Source: Conidiobolus incongruus B7586
Lineage: Eukaryota
Reading direction: 5' to 3'
DNA length: 39,894 nucleotides
Assembly (NCBI GenBank): GCA_000697335.1
Contig: JNEM01010473.1
Coordinates: forward strand, 1-39,894
A program made the translations under genes and the position numbers. Under the pieces are notes generated by a model, which ran no database searches, was not told the DNA's origin, and saw only the letters and a list, made by a program, of their open reading frames with translations. Every line of letters begins with the position of its first letter. The first letter of the stretch is position 1. Below are positions 25,432 to 37,200 of this stretch, one piece after another.

Positions 25432-25508
25432 GATTGGCCCATTCTTCACAATTTTCGTGTTCATTTTCATTTCTAACCTTCTAGCCAATCATATCAACGA
25501 TCACGAAA
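25432..25508. promoter_or_regulatory. Putative PRI2 upstream module: two SCB-like CACGAAA sites and two CCAAT boxes
   Basis: GATTGG 25432-25437, TTTTCGTG 25452-25459, CCAATC 25485-25490, CACGAAA 25502-25508; 140-215 bp upstream of the ATG. Confidence 0.55.
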
Positions 25509-25645
25509 TTTTATCAGAGTAAATTTAGAATTTGCAACAATTTATTTTTCTCTAATCTTTCAATCATTCACTTTAAAAACAATATAATAATAATAATAAT
25601 CATATCTCTTTAATTACAAAATATAAATAGTAAAATATTACAAAC

Positions 25646-27514
25646 ATGTTAAGGCAACAAACTTTTGGTACACCTACCAAAGCGATAAAATTTAATCCTA
25701 GCAATAAGTTACTCAACACCAAATTCTCTACCAAACTTAATTTTTACGACAATTTACCAACTGAGGAAATTACTATTGAAGATTTTGAACAGTTGGCTAT
25801 TAAAAGACTTCAACGTAATATTTTATATAATATTTTTAACATTTTATACTAATAATTTTGGTATAGTTTTGAAAGGTTTGGAGATGGCAACCATAAGAAA
25901 TCAATCAGGATCCGATTTAGATAGAACATTCCAAAATTTAGAGGACAAGTACCTACCTATGGACGCAGAAATTGACCAAAGTATTATGTTGAAGCAGAGA
26001 AGGGACGATTTTTTGTCTCACTTTGTGTTAAGATTGGCTTTCTGTAGAAAGTAAATTTGTCTAGACATTATCAATATTTGGAGTATTAACGGATTTTTAG
26101 TGATGAGTTGAGACAGTGGTTTATTAGATTTGAAACTTTGTTATTTAGGTAATTATTTATTATTATATTATGCATTTAATGATATATTAGTCATTTCAAT
26201 AAATAGATTGAGATATTCTAAATGCACGAGTGTCGAAAAGGAAGCCTTTATTAAGAGAATGAATTTTGATTATAAGATGGTACTATTATTATATACTATT
26301 ATTAATTTAATATTGATGCCAAGTAATAGGTGTCACAAGAAGATCGCCAAAGACTTGGAGAAAGATTAGTAGAATTATACGAATGTATTCCAAGAGTTGT
26401 CAATATTAATAATATCTCTTTTGAAAATATGAAATTTTATCAGGTAAATTAAAAGATATTTAATATTGTAATTATTATAATTCATTAATACACTTCAACA
26501 AATTAGATTCCATTTGAAAAGACTCCTGAGTTAGTGAGCAGAAGACAGATTTTAATGGATCGAGGTACTGCTATTGTTCCTCAAATTTTTGATGAAGCTA
26601 TTTTCGTTGAAGAGTTTAAACTTCATTTGACCCAAGCTGTTAATGTGATTAATACCTATTTTTAATATGTTAAATATATATTGATTCTTTATATAGTCTA
26701 CTGCTATGGCATTACCTTATATTGATGAAGATGAACGTCTTTTACCTATCCTCTCAGCTGTTACTAGTAAATCATTCGCATCAGTTTATGAATCAAATAG
26801 ATCTAAGTCTGCTGGAAATGTTACTGCAGATCAAGTCGAACAGGTATTTTATAACATCATCATGTTAATATATGGATCTTTTATACTGAATTTGCCAAAC
26901 AGTTATCAGAGCATTTCCCTCTATGTATGAAGAACCTTCACACCAGCCTAAAACAAAATGCTCATTTACGTCACGGAGGCCGTCTCCAATTCAGTTTATT
27001 TCTCAAAGCCATCGGACTACCCATTGAAGAAGCTTTGGTCTACTGGCGCAAAGCCTTCCACAAAATTTCTGACGACGATTTCCGCAAGCAGTACCAGTAC
27101 AACATTCGCCACAATTATGGCTTAGAAGGTAAGCGCGTGGAGTATAGTGCCATGTCTTGCGACAAGATCATCTCTGGCAATGCACCCACCGGCTTGGACA
27201 ACCATGGCTGCCCATTCAAACATTTTTCGGAAGCTTCACTACGTGATTATATTCGAAAAGAAAATCCATCCGCTTCACCTTTCGAAATTCGCGATATGAT
27301 CGAAATGGTGCAGAAGAAGCACTACACCATGGCATGCACCAAGTACTTTGAATTGACACATCCTAAACTTTCAAAATTCGCTAACAAACAGGACCAAGAA
27401 GGCGAAAATGCCGGCTCCAGTACGGCAAGTATTGACTTATCCACTCCAATCGTTCATCCCAATCAATATTTCGATTTTAGCTTGAATTTGGCAAAATCGA
27501 CAAGTAATTTATAA
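25646..27514 (+). CDS. PRI2: DNA primase large subunit; 8 exons (25646-25814, 25867-26050, 26101-26148, 26207-26279, 26330-26443, 26507-26644, 26697-26843, 26903-27514)
   Basis: SHFVLRLAFC; HFPLCMKNL; HLRHGGRLQFSLFLKAIG; YNIRHNYG; MSCDKII; HGCPFKHF; MACTKYF; HPNQYF. All four 4Fe-4S cysteines present. Confidence 0.96.
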
Positions 27515-28657
27515 GTATTTTAGATTATTTTATCAATTATTTGTAAACTACTATATTTTCAATTACATCAATACATATAAATATACAATATTAATTTCTA
27601 GATTATTTAGATATATTTTACTAATTATTACATTATTATGAATATTCAAAATTTTTATCTAAAATAATTCATTTGTTTAATTATTCTCGAAACAATAATG
27701 TATTCAAATGATAGAATCATTGTATCTATAATTTTTTAGATAATTTAATATAAAAAATATGTGTAATTAGAGAGATTATCATCAATATTATATTATGTGA
27801 TCTCTATTATATAATCATCATTTCTTCATTATTGAATGCTCATATATTTAATTCTTTAACTTTATTATAATTCAATATCTATCATCTGATAGATTTAATA
27901 ATAACTAAATATATTATTAATCTGTATTTTATTTTATATAATAGGAAAATTAATTTATTTCGAATCTTATATACACTTTTATGAATATTAATACATCAAT
28001 TGATTTGAATTAATGATAATTATATAATAGAATATTCTGACTCTTATATATTACTATCAGCTCATTCAAAATTATGGAAAACATGTCAAGATTATCAATG
28101 TTGGAATCACATTTTGCACATTGTATTATTGAAAGTCTATATTCAAGCATATCTTTGAGGTATTCAAATAATAGCTTGTTTGTTAAAAATATTGTAGTTA
28201 TCTTTGGAAAATATAAGGTGAATAATTAAGTATGTAGAGTTTAAATACTAATGTTGAATTAGGACAAACAATGTTACGATAGAAATATTTTTAACTCAAC
28301 ACATATTCAATGATTATTATCAAAAAATATATATTAAAAATTGTTTAGATGTAATATGCAAAATGAATAAATAATTTTTTCTAGGATTGGCACTAAAAAA
28401 TTTAATCAATTTTAAATATTGGATAAGCTAATTCTTGAATAATTAGAAAGAATAGTTGATTTAGATATTATGAATTGAAATAATTTGAACGGTTATTTTG
28501 ACAAGGTCAATTTTTTGTGATTAAGCTCGGGTGAATTTGATTGGAAAAATGATAGATGAGGTATGCGGAATAATAAATTTTTCAAAGAAATATTGCAGAT
28601 TTGATTTAATATATTTTTTATACTATAGTTGACAATTAAAATGAATTAACATTTAAT

Positions 28658-29302
28658 TTAACTGTTGTAGTAGCTGGAGGCAGCACCGTGACTGGATGAG
28701 GTGTTATAGCTAAAGCCTTGAGTTTGATCGGTTTGGGCTTTGTTTCCGTAACTTTGACTACCTTGGGTTTGACTTCCATAACCTTGGTTTCCTTGAGATT
28801 GAGATCCATAGCCTTGATTACTATGCGAGCTAGAGTTGCCCTGGCCGTAAGAGCCAGAAGATGGAGCGTTACCTGCAGCTTGAGGAATATTCTGGTTACC
28901 TGAAACTCTGCTAGAACCACTCATAGTGGGTTGGTTGGTACTACCATACTTAGCTTCATGCTTGGCGTAGCTAGCTTGCTCCTGTTTTTGTTTTTCCTTT
29001 TGGTGATGTTCGTTGTATTTATAAGCACCGTAAGCAGCGGCACCTGCAGCTAATACACCTCCTGCAATACCTCCATAGAGAGCATAGTTGGGTCCTTCTT
29101 CTTTCTTTTCATCGTGATTCTCGGTGGATTGGGTAGTTTGTTGGGGAACATTTGGACCACTGGTTTGGTTGTTATTTTGATTTTGATCTTGATTGTTATT
29201 ATTATTGTTGTTATTGTTATTGTTATTGTTATTTTGAATTTGATCGTTATTCTTTTTATTCAAATCAATAACACTAGGAGTCCAACTAGGATCGTAAGAC
29301 AT
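28658..29302 (-). CDS. Hypothetical 214-aa low-complexity protein (poly-N/Q, Gly/Ala hydrophobic segment, QGYGSQ repeats)
   Basis: Long ORF with coding-like GC in an AT-rich context, A-rich start context, poly-Asn written in mixed AAT/AAC codons. Confidence 0.8.
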   Translation of the reverse strand: MSYDPSWTPSVIDLNKKNNDQIQNNNNNNNNNNNNNNQDQNQNNNQTSGPNVPQQTTQSTENHDEKKEEGPNYALYGGIAGGVLAAGAAAYGAYKYNEHHQKEKQKQEQASYAKHEAKYGSTNQPTMSGSSRVSGNQNIPQAAGNAPSSGSYGQGNSSSHSNQGYGSQSQGNQGYGSQTQGSQSYGNKAQTDQTQGFSYNTSSSHGAASSYYNS

Positions 29303-30944
29303 TTTTTGTTAATATATTTAATATAGTCAAATTGATTATTATTTTACTTATCATTCATTAAATGCTAATTGAAGCTTATTTATATTCAATAGTTTTAGTC
29401 ATTGACATTATTTCAATTTGGAAATTATCGCCAAATCAATTGTTATACCGTCCAATGAGATCATCTCTTTTTCACAAGCTTTGACAATATCAGTATCTTC
29501 ATTTTGTGGACTGTCACTTCTTTATCATGCTTATTATATCATCAATTGGCGTAGTCTTGCAGATGTCGAATTAATTTTTCGCTAATTTAAGTAATGGCTT
29601 TTGATGCACTAATCCACAGCTTTAAGACAATTAAACACCAAATAAACTTTAATTCAAACTTAAACGATTGGTCTACGTTTTTGTAAGTATACTTGTAATG
29701 AATAATGAATAATAAATATAAAGATATCAATATCTCTTCAATATTATAATATAATGGATTGAATATTGCGAAAAGGTCGTTATTTAATAAGACTATATTT
29801 AAAGGTATTATGTTAATTAATACAGCATAAAATAATAATATTATTCAAATTCCAGGGTAAATTTAAACATATTAAAAAAATAAATTCTATTTGATTATTG
29901 TATCAACTTGAACTAAAATTATTTGAGTTTTTTGAGAAATGTTACACTGTGTGTATTATTGAGATATATCAATTATATCCAAAAACATTTCATTTTTAAT
30001 ATGTATTTTTTGATAAATATACATACCAAATATATATCTAGGACAAAATAGAATCAAAATATATTATAAATATATATAATATCATGGTATCATTTATCTT
30101 CATTGTTGAACCTTAATGACTTTTTATTCCCTGTCACTGTAATCCAATTTGATTATAACGAAAAATCTGAGTATAGGAAAATTCTAGTTAAAACACTGAT
30201 AAATAATTTTAATATAATTATTAGATGTCTATCAATTCAGCGCAGTTTGTACACAATTGATTTGATTCATATTCTGAGAAGATAAAGATATATTTGGATG
30301 AATTTTATATATTTAATATAATTAAATAATTATTTTTATCAATTTTCATAAATGTCAATAAAGGGTGATGATTTTCAATCTAAAAATCACTATTTGTATT
30401 ATGCTGATTAGTAGATTTGATTCATAGAATATCAAAGGTTATCACTGATAGATATTTAAAATATAATGAATATTTATTATTAATATTTTAATTTTATTTG
30501 ATTTTACATACGTTTTTCTAGTATGCAGATATTTAATTATAATAAATTAAGAAAGTGTTAGAATGAAATTAAAATGAAACTCTCTAATCTTCGATATTTG
30601 ATAAAGATATTAAATTGAAATTAGTACAATAGCAAAAAATAATTCTTAGTAGAGCTGATAATTTTGAATTAAATGTGTGTGAAAATTATGAGATAATAAA
30701 TTATCATTATCAAGATCTTATCTATTGATAATTATACTGAAATACTTGGAGTGAGAAACAGTACAAATAAATAGTATTAAAAAGCTAAAAGAGTATACAT
30801 GTATATATATGTGTGTCATAGAAATCATGAATATACTTTCATTGAAATAAAATAGTTTATAAATAGGTTTTATATTATAAAATAAAGTATACGAAATTCT
30901 CTTAAATTATAACTATATTTTATTAGATTTAATTAAATAGTAAT

Positions 30945-31344
30945 TTATTCAGCACTTGTATCTAATTGCAATCCGTGCATACCAGCGATTTCATCCTTTA
31001 AAGTTTCATTAACTATTCTATGCTGTTGAACTAAGCTCTTGCCTTTAAATTCACTACTCTTAACTTTAATAGCGTACATTGAACCACATCCTCCTATTTA
31101 TTCATATAAAATAGATTAACATTTTAAAAAATATCATGTAAAATAAGTAATAAATACCTGAAACATCTTTGACAAATAATTCAGAAGGCTTTAACCTCTG
31201 TGTTAATTTATTGTAGATTAACTGTTCTCCCTCAGATAATTGTTGTTCTGAATTTAATAAAATGGACCAAGTATGGAATTGTTTAAATACATTAATTGAT
31301 TTGACTTGGTTTAATAGTCTAATATTTCTATTCAATATACTCAT
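30945..31344 (-). CDS. BOL3: Mitochondrial BolA3/Bol3 (Aim1) protein; 2 exons (31158-31344, 30945-31093)
   Basis: Presequence-like N-terminus; VKDVSG|GCGSMYAIKVKSSEFKGKSLVQQHRIVNETLKDEIAGMHGLQL. DxSGGCG is typical of BolA3. Confidence 0.92.
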
Positions 31345-31418
31345 TTTAAATTAAATTATTTTTTTTAATGATTTTACGTATTTGAGAAATTAGATATATT
31401 AGTTAATTAAAAATAAAT

Positions 31419-31449
31419 ATCCCATAACCTATTGATCAAGTTATGGGAT
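31419..31449. repeat. Perfect 10-bp inverted repeat ATCCCATAAC-N11-GTTATGGGAT in the BOL3 promoter
   Basis: Read directly; each arm is a copy of the shared upstream motif. Confidence 0.85.
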
Positions 31450-31833
31450 TTTATCATTGATCAATTTATTAGTTGAATATATTATAATACTTAAAATGAT
31501 AGCTGATCGAGTCTTATAAATCTTACTTTTTGTAAAATTATTATTATATTATTATATTATTATACTATAAAGTACATATTGGAGATATTGAAAAATTATT
31601 CTACATATTAAAAATTTTTTGTCACTAATAAAGCTATATATGTCAATTATATATATCATAAAAATATCAACAAACAAAATTTACAATTAAAAATATAGTG
31701 AATAAAACACAGTAATAAAGTTTCGATTATGGTACATTTATATAATTCAAAACTAATGAAATATCATATTTATAATGATATTGCAATCAGTAATAAACAT
31801 AAAATTAAAGGGAATGTTAGAGTTCTAATAAGT

Positions 31834-33215
31834 TTAAATCTTCTTGACAATTTGGACGACATCTTCGTCCTTAAGTTCGTGATCTTTACCTACTTTTTGA
31901 GGATGATGCTTGACAGAAGAACCCCAAACGTAAGCACTAAAATTTGTGTAAATAATTGAATATTAAAATATATCATTAATAATAGTTACCATTTGAATTG
32001 AGGCAAAATAGCTTTATGAATAGCATTACAGAAGTCTTCAATAGTGACATTTCCTTTGGTCAAAACGACGGGTTGTTCGTAATCGGGTAATTGACCCTTA
32101 GGCTTGGTGTAAACTCTAGTTAGATTCAAGTATTCCCACATCTTTTCTAATAATTCATCAAAGTTCCATTCGTGTTGAGCTGAAACAGGGACAGCGTGAG
32201 GAATCTTGTAAATCAAGTCGAGTTCTTCAATAGAAATTTGATCGATCTTGTTTAATACGTAGATAGCGGGAATGTAAATACGGTTGTTTTCAATAACATC
32301 AATCAAGTCATCAGCAGTAGCGTCACACTTGAAACTGACATCAGCATTGTGAATTCTGTATTCTGACAAAATGGCTTTAACAGTTTCCAAATCCAAATGA
32401 GTTAAGGGGACAGTGTTAGACATGTTGATACCACCCTTGTCCTTCTTCTTGAAGAAAATATTGGGAGGTTCTTTGTTAAGACGGATACCAAATCCTTCCA
32501 ATTCTTTTTCAATCAGGGCTTTGTGAGTAAGAGGCTTCAAAACATCCAAAACCAAGAAAATTAATGAACATGTACGAGCGACTATAAAGACGAAAATTGA
32601 TTAGAAAAGGTGATAGTTATTGATAAACGTGAAAATTACCAGCAATGACTTGTTTACCACGACCTTTACCATCTTTAGCACCTTCAATAATACCTGGTAA
32701 ATCTAAAATCTAGATAATTATTTAGCTGATGAATTTATTGTCAAATATAAATTAGTGGCATACTTGAATCTTAGCACCCTTATATTGAACAACACCAGGA
32801 ACAGTGGTTAAAGTTGTGAACTCATAAGCAGCAGCTTCAGAGTGAGTACCAGTCAATTTGGACATAATAGTACTTTTACCAACGGAGGGGAAACCTAAAT
32901 ATTTATTTAATACTGTTGAATAATTCTCAATATTCACTTTTGAATTTACCAACGAAACCAACACGAGCGATACCAGTTTTAGCAACGTCAAAACCAACTA
33001 TAGAATTACAAATGAATATTATTGTTAAAAATAATTTTATATTAAATTCACAAACCTCCTTCACCACCACCACCACCGCTTTTGGGAGTCAAAAGTTCAC
33101 GTCTCAATTTAGCCAATTTAGCTTTCAAAGTACCCAAATGGTAAGAAGTAGCCTTGTTCTTTTGGGTTCTGGCCATTTCGGCCTCAATTTCTCTAATCTT
33201 ATCAACTGTAGTCAT
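31834..33215 (-). CDS. RBG1: Developmentally regulated GTP-binding protein DRG1/Rbg1 (OBG family, TGS domain); 5 introns
   Basis: [86 protein letters not shown]; ends [11 protein letters not shown]. Confidence 0.96.
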
Positions 33216-34080
33216 TTTAACTTAATAAATTAAAATCAACCAATTTTGATATATTTTTAATTTTTGTGTGTTTTCTAATATATTTTAAATGTAAGTGGTA
33301 AGATGACAACTCCGTTAAAAGAAGTAAACTTTTACAAAATAGTGAATTTATTATTTATAATATAATAGTGGGATTATAATTGTGGGATAGAATTTTCTAG
33401 GTTTAATTAATTAAATTATTATTCTTTAATTTAAAATGTTATATTTAATCTTTTGAAATTTTATTATAATTAATAAGAAGTATAGTTAAAAACTAATTAT
33501 GTTTCATTATTCAAAAAAAAATATAAAAATACAATTAACACTAGTTTTTTTATATTAAAAGCTATTTAACACTTGTTTTTATTCTTTAACAATTCCAATT
33601 TCACAATTCTTATGATTTCATTGATTAATCATAAATTTTTATATTATAACAAATTGAGGAATTTTTTCGATCTTATAGTCATTTTTAGAAATATGGTTTC
33701 TTAAATTATTAAAATTTGTAAATTAATTTACAAAAATTATGGATAAATAACTTTTAATAATAGTTAACATAATAATAAATTTATAATTGATTATATAAGA
33801 AATTTATATGGTAAATATCTGCCTGAAAACAATCAAATTTTACTATTATCATTTTTGATATATTATGAATTCATTATCATTGAATAAATCAACAACTTAA
33901 TAAATTAATAAGATGGATAAGTTGGAATATACAGTTTGGAATCTTAAGGTAATAAAATAAAACCGCTCTTAAACTTATTCACCCATAATTTACGAATAGA
34001 CACAAATGCTATTATATTTATCAACAATCCAAGTACTGATAAATTAATTTTATTCCTAATATTAATTCACATTCTATCAA

Positions 34081-34556
34081 ATGAAATTAAATTGGTACCA
34101 AATTGCTGAATATATTGGTAATATAATTAAATTAATTAGTTAATCCCAAATTAAATCAAATCTATAGAAAAGGATCAATTAGATCTATTCGTCAGAAGTG
34201 ATGCAGGTGAAAAATTCTATCAGGAAAGTATGATCAAAGTCCGAGAGCAATATGGTAGTGTTAGCAAATATATCACTGAAGTGATCATGAAACCATTGAC
34301 CATCACAGAGGGAAAATATAAGCCCAATGTTCTATTCGTCAAAAACGACTATCCTTACGACATTAACGAAGATATCGACCATTATTTAATTTGGAGTTTC
34401 GAACCTTGGAAAGATAACGAAGCCATTACAGAGTATTTAAAATTGCAATTACCTAATGATAAATTTTTATTCTTTGAAAATCCCATTCATTTGAGAAGTG
34501 TTAAAGATATCTTCCATATTCATGTATTTGCTACCAAAAAACATTTATACCCTTAA
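34081..34556 (+). CDS. DUF3605 / HIT-like (yeast YPL067C-type) protein; 2 exons (34081-34117, 34168-34556)
   Basis: Spliced N-terminus MKLNWYQIAEYIEKDQLDLFVRS...YGSV; NDYPY...HYLIWS; FFENPIHLRSVKDIFHIHVF. Confidence 0.82.
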
Positions 34557-37200
34557 TATAATTTTATAATTAATAAATTGAATTATATTTCGAGAATAAA
34601 TTGGATAATATTTTTTAATTGGGATGGATCTAAAATTAGAATGCGTTATCCATGAAAACGTGTTAGATCTTCATTGTTTAGTTTGCTGTAATGCTATAAA
34701 TCAATATAATTGTTTTAGGTCATAGTAATAATGACACCTATCTTCCTTAATATTATTTTGAATATGATCTTCAAAATGTGATGATTAAATATTAACACAT
34801 ATTCTAAATGATGGCTCAGTTAAACTAAATAATAAAAGGTAGTTATCTTTAAAACTTAAAAACATCAGTCTCTTGAAAACAAAGATAGGTTATTCATAAG
34901 TCAATATAATATTAGTTAATGATATTGACACCTTTTTCAAAATTATTATCTAGTTGGTTATTAATAACTTCAAAATGTGCCTGAATAAAATGAAATGAAT
35001 AATTTATATGTTTTTAATTTCAAATTATAAATATATCAAATGAAAATAAACCTAATATTACTGTGGATTCTAAATAATGAGATTTTTTTGAGATTGAAAA
35101 TATATAATATAAACTCAATACCCTCTTATTATTATTAATTTTTATTATACTTTGGCATACCTTTAACAACTAAAAAACAATTCTTTTTATTAAATATTAA
35201 AATTTAATATTTAACAATTAAAATTAAATTTATTTGTAAAAATTTTGTTTTTTATAAGCTAATTTTTTAATTCCTTAAAATAATTTGAATTTTCTAGATT
35301 ATAATCTAATGAATATACTAAAATTAGTAGCTTTTTTTAATTATTTAAATTAGAAAATTTTTTTATAACTTCATATATTTAATAATTATTTAGTATAATA
35401 ATAAGTTTTTTAAATTTATTTTTATAATTCTAATTAAAATTAATTATAATTAAAAAATATATAATTTATAAATAGTTTATTTTTTATCAAAAAATTAAGG
35501 AGTACAAAATAACTTATTATAATATATTATAAAAATTCATACTGAATTTTAATATGATTGTTATTTATTAAAACTCATAAAGGGAAATATTTTAACTTTA
35601 TCTATTATTTTGATAAATATTTTAATAAACAACTATTCAAAAGGATTGATAATTCAATAGTTATAAAAATTTTCTATAAAAGCCATAGTTGTTAAATATA
35701 TTTTAGTAATTTTTAAAACCTTTAATTAAGTTATAGGATGTTTATTTTGTATTTTAATTAAATAATATAAGTTTAAACTCTAATATATCTATATTATACT
35801 TATTTAACTAATATTAAAATGATCTGATTATCCTTTAATTAAAATAAAAAGATATTTTTTTAAATATTTTTTATTTTCATAGTTAATAAAATAATTATTG
35901 AAATTAATTTTTTTAAACTTTAATAAGATATTTATAATTACTATTTTATTCAAAAATCATTTGATTAAAAATAAAAAGAAAATTGAAGTAAACTATAGTT
36001 TTATATAATATTTATAAATTTTAAATATTTTCATAAAGTTTAGAGTTAAGCTTTATTAATAATAAAACAAGACTTTTGATAATTATTATTTAGTTTCAAA
36101 ATTATGAAAATTAAATGATATATTAACAAAGGTTAATTTTTTAAAAAATATACAACATTATTTTATTATTCATAATATATATATATCTATATATATTTCT
36201 CTTAGGCTGATAATATATTTGAAAAATTATCAATTAAAAATTTCCTTTTTCTTTTATTTCATTGTAATATTAATAAAAATTAAACTAAAATTTAAACCAA
36301 AAATCATCATCTTTAAACAACACTCAGTAATCTGATACTAACAGTTCAACACAAATTATTTAAAATACCAACTTTATAAAATTAATTTAAAAATTATACC
36401 AAAATCTCAAATCTTTCAATTACAAATTGCTCATTGTACACAATTCAAGTGTTTAGTGGATTTTATTAATTCGTACTCTATTTTAATTGTAGTAATATAG
36501 GTCGCCGCTCTTCTCAGAGATGTTAAAGTGAACAAAGCACTGGTCAAATGTATGGTCCAAGTAAGTAAATAAACTGAAATCCATCACAATACCATTAATT
36601 TATAATCAATATTTATAATTTTTAAACTTGAAAAAATCTGAAATAAATTTGGTAAGGGGTCATAAAGGAGTGATGAAATTGATACAAATTAAAGATTAAC
36701 ATAATTCAATTGTATCGTGTAAATCAATAAAGTTATTATTCAATTTCTATAGATTATATTAAATTAATCAATGATTCAAGTTTCAGTTATAATGATCTCT
36801 GCAAGATAGTTAGTAGTATCTTTTCAATGATTAAACTAGGTAAACATTACATAATACTTAGAAATAATCTCTATTTGAATTTTAATAATTTTATTTATTT
36901 AGCTATTTGTATAAATTTAAATAATATTATAAAACATTCAATTTAGGTTCCAATGATAATACAATCATAAATTCTCTTAATTAGTATCAAATAATTCTAT
37001 TCTTTTTAATTGTATGAATAAAATTAAATTCTAGATATTTGATTACTAATGATAAATTAAAAAATACATATTTTCTACTCATATAATTTGGATATATTTT
37101 AATATCCATTTGGTATATATTAATGCTTAATTCTTAAACAATATCTATTAATTGATTCAGAATTAACAATAAAATTTTTATATAGTTTGGAAAAATGATT

